Assembly (NCBI GenBank): GCA_038087875.1
Contig: CM075987.1
Coordinates: 25,670,001 to 25,734,000 of the forward strand
Reading direction: 5' to 3'
Length of the DNA: 64,000 nt
Source: Malacoraja senta
Taxonomy: Eukaryota
Position 1 is the first letter of the stretch; each line of letters begins with the position of its first letter. A program made the position numbers and the translations under genes. This document shows positions 61,828 to 64,000 of the stretch, piece by piece. The notes below the pieces were generated by a model. The model did no database searches, had not been told where the DNA came from, and worked only from the letters and a program-made list of their open reading frames with translations.

Positions 61828-62319
61828 TTTTTATTGTCACGTGTTTTGCTTGCAGTACACAAGTATGCAAAGAGTTGCCACATAAAGGGCGGCAACAGAG
61901 TTACACAGGTACTCTAACCTTCTACCCCCCCACCTCGCCCCCCCCCACCACCCCCTCTATGTTCTCTCCCTGCCCTCCCCCACGCCGGGTCCCCCTTTGT
62001 TAAGGTGCATAGGTGAGGAAAGCTAGAATAGTCCCCTAGGCTAAATGGAATAGCCACATTCGCCATTACATGGCCCAAGTGGGAAGAATAGACCAGGTAG
62101 AAAGATACTTTTTCTCCTAATAACAGACTGTTAACGGAAGATTATAAATTTAAAGCGAGTGGCACGGATAAAATGAGGAGAAATTATTTAATGCGGAGAG
62201 ATTTTAAGATATGGAATACAGAAAGATGGCAAAACCAGATTCCATTCAGACGACAATTGGAAAGGCCTGTAGTGGAACTAATTTGCAGTGCTTCAGGAAG
62301 AAATCCCCAATATGTGACC

Positions 62320-62575
62320 CTCTTTGGTCAGAGGGTGGTGAATCTGTGGAGTTCATTGCCACATAATTCACTGTCACAGATGGCTGTGGAGGCCAAGTCT
62401 GGATATTTTTAATGCAGAGATACATAGATTCTTGATTAGTACGGGTGTCAGGGGATATGGGGAGAAGGCAGGAGAATGGGGTTAGGAGAGAGAGATCAAC
62501 CATCTCTGAATGGCGGAGTAGACTTGATGGGCCGAATGGCCTAATTCTGCTCCTATCACTTATGACCTTATGAAT
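62320..62575 (+). mobile_element. CR1 3' fragment
   Basis: QRVVNLWSSLP plus 3' UTR. Confidence 0.82.
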
Positions 62576-63155
62576 GTGGATGGTCATGGGCCAAATGTCC
62601 ACAGGTAGATGGACGAAATATCCAGTGACTAAGAGGCTGAGAGGTGACCTTATTCTGGTGTGGATCATGAGGAACATGGATAAATTGAACACTCATAGTC
62701 TTTTTCCAGGAGTAAAGTACTCATGAATAAAGTAATAGAGAATATTGATTAAAGGCATGTAGTAAATGAAACAGCTCTGTAATAGTGATGACATGGATCA
62801 AATGGACTCCCTATGTGCTGTACATATGCTGATAAAAGATGGGACTTTTTACACCCAGTTTCACTCGTCAGTGAGGCTCAAAGGGGGCTCAATTTTCAGT
62901 GTATATAAATTTAGTGCTCCTTTAGAAACTAAGTGACATTATTTTATAATCATTATTATACTGGACAGTCTGTCTGTACAGAGTTTGTACCTTCTCCCCG
63001 TGACCTGCGTGGGTTTTCTCCAAGATCTTCAGTTTCCTCCTACATTCTAAAGACTTGCAGTTCTGTAGGTGAATTGGTTTCAATAAGTTGTAAAATTGTC
63101 CTTAGTGTGTGTAGGTTAGTGTACAGGGTGATTGATGGTCGGCGCAGACTCGGCA

Positions 63156-63182
63156 AACACACACACAGACACACACACACAC

Positions 63183-63241
<59 letters not shown>

Positions 63242-63292
63242 CACACACACACACGCGCACGCACACGCACACGCACACGCACACGCACACGC

Positions 63293-63350
<58 letters not shown>

Positions 63351-63450
63351 ACACGCACACACATACACACGCACACGCACAAATACACACACACACACAC
63401 ACACACACATACACACACACACACATACACACGCACACACGCACACACAC

Positions 63451-63492
<42 letters not shown>

Positions 63493-63526
63493 ACACGCAC
63501 ACACATACACACGCACACGCACAAAT

Positions 63527-63558
<32 letters not shown>

Positions 63559-63605
63559 ACACACACACACATACACACGCACACACGCACACACACACAC
63601 GCACT

Positions 63606-63659
<54 letters not shown>

Positions 63660-63854
63660 TGCACACACACACACACACACATACACATGCACATACACAC
63701 ATACACACGCATGCACACACACGCACACACACACACACACACACATACACACACACACACGCACGCACACACACATGCACACACGTGCACACACACACAC
63801 ACACACGCACATGCACATGCACACGCACACGCACACATACACACGCATGCACAC

Positions 63855-63885
<31 letters not shown>

Positions 63886-64000
63886 TGCACACATGTACAC
63901 ACACCCACGCACACACACGCACACACACACGCACACAAATGCACACACACACACACATACACACGCACACGCACACGCACACGCACACACACACACACAC
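63156..64000. repeat. Long imperfect (CA)n microsatellite running off the window end
   Basis: CA array with CG/TA variants; follows a SINE fragment at about 62965-63153. Confidence 0.98.

Noticed and set aside
63040..64000. Long Cys/Val-rich ORFs
   Set aside because: Translations of the (TG)n microsatellite.

Overview
This is eukaryotic, repeat-saturated vertebrate DNA, not a prokaryotic locus. The repeat set (tRNA-headed HE1/V-type SINEs, HER1-type CR1 LINEs, Penelope-like elements) points to a cartilaginous fish, probably a skate or ray (inference). I could not recognise any multi-exon host gene, so the window looks like a large intron or gene desert. Nearly all listed ORFs are transposon fragments, antisense shadows or low-complexity artefacts. 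Contents: about 35 SINE copies, dozens of 5'-truncated CR1 ends, one full-length single-ORF L2 LINE broken only by a homopolymer frameshift, a Neptune-type Penelope element plus many hammerhead-like pLTR fragments (often as fold-back pairs), seven Harbinger-type MITEs, an 8-bp-TSD TIR element with a 45-bp miniature of itself nested inside, Rex-Babar/RTE/Gypsy relics, a 200-N gap and a terminal (CA)n array. The most notable observation is a ~135-bp retroposed element present twice (9602-9740, 40253-40384, minus strand). Its 5' end is a 54-nt minimal HDV/CPEB3-like ribozyme fold, followed by a hairpin and an (AAG)n tail, and both copies are flanked by target-site duplications. Boundaries of degenerate repeats are approximate (about +/-10 bp). 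TIR, TSD and ribozyme coordinates were counted by hand.
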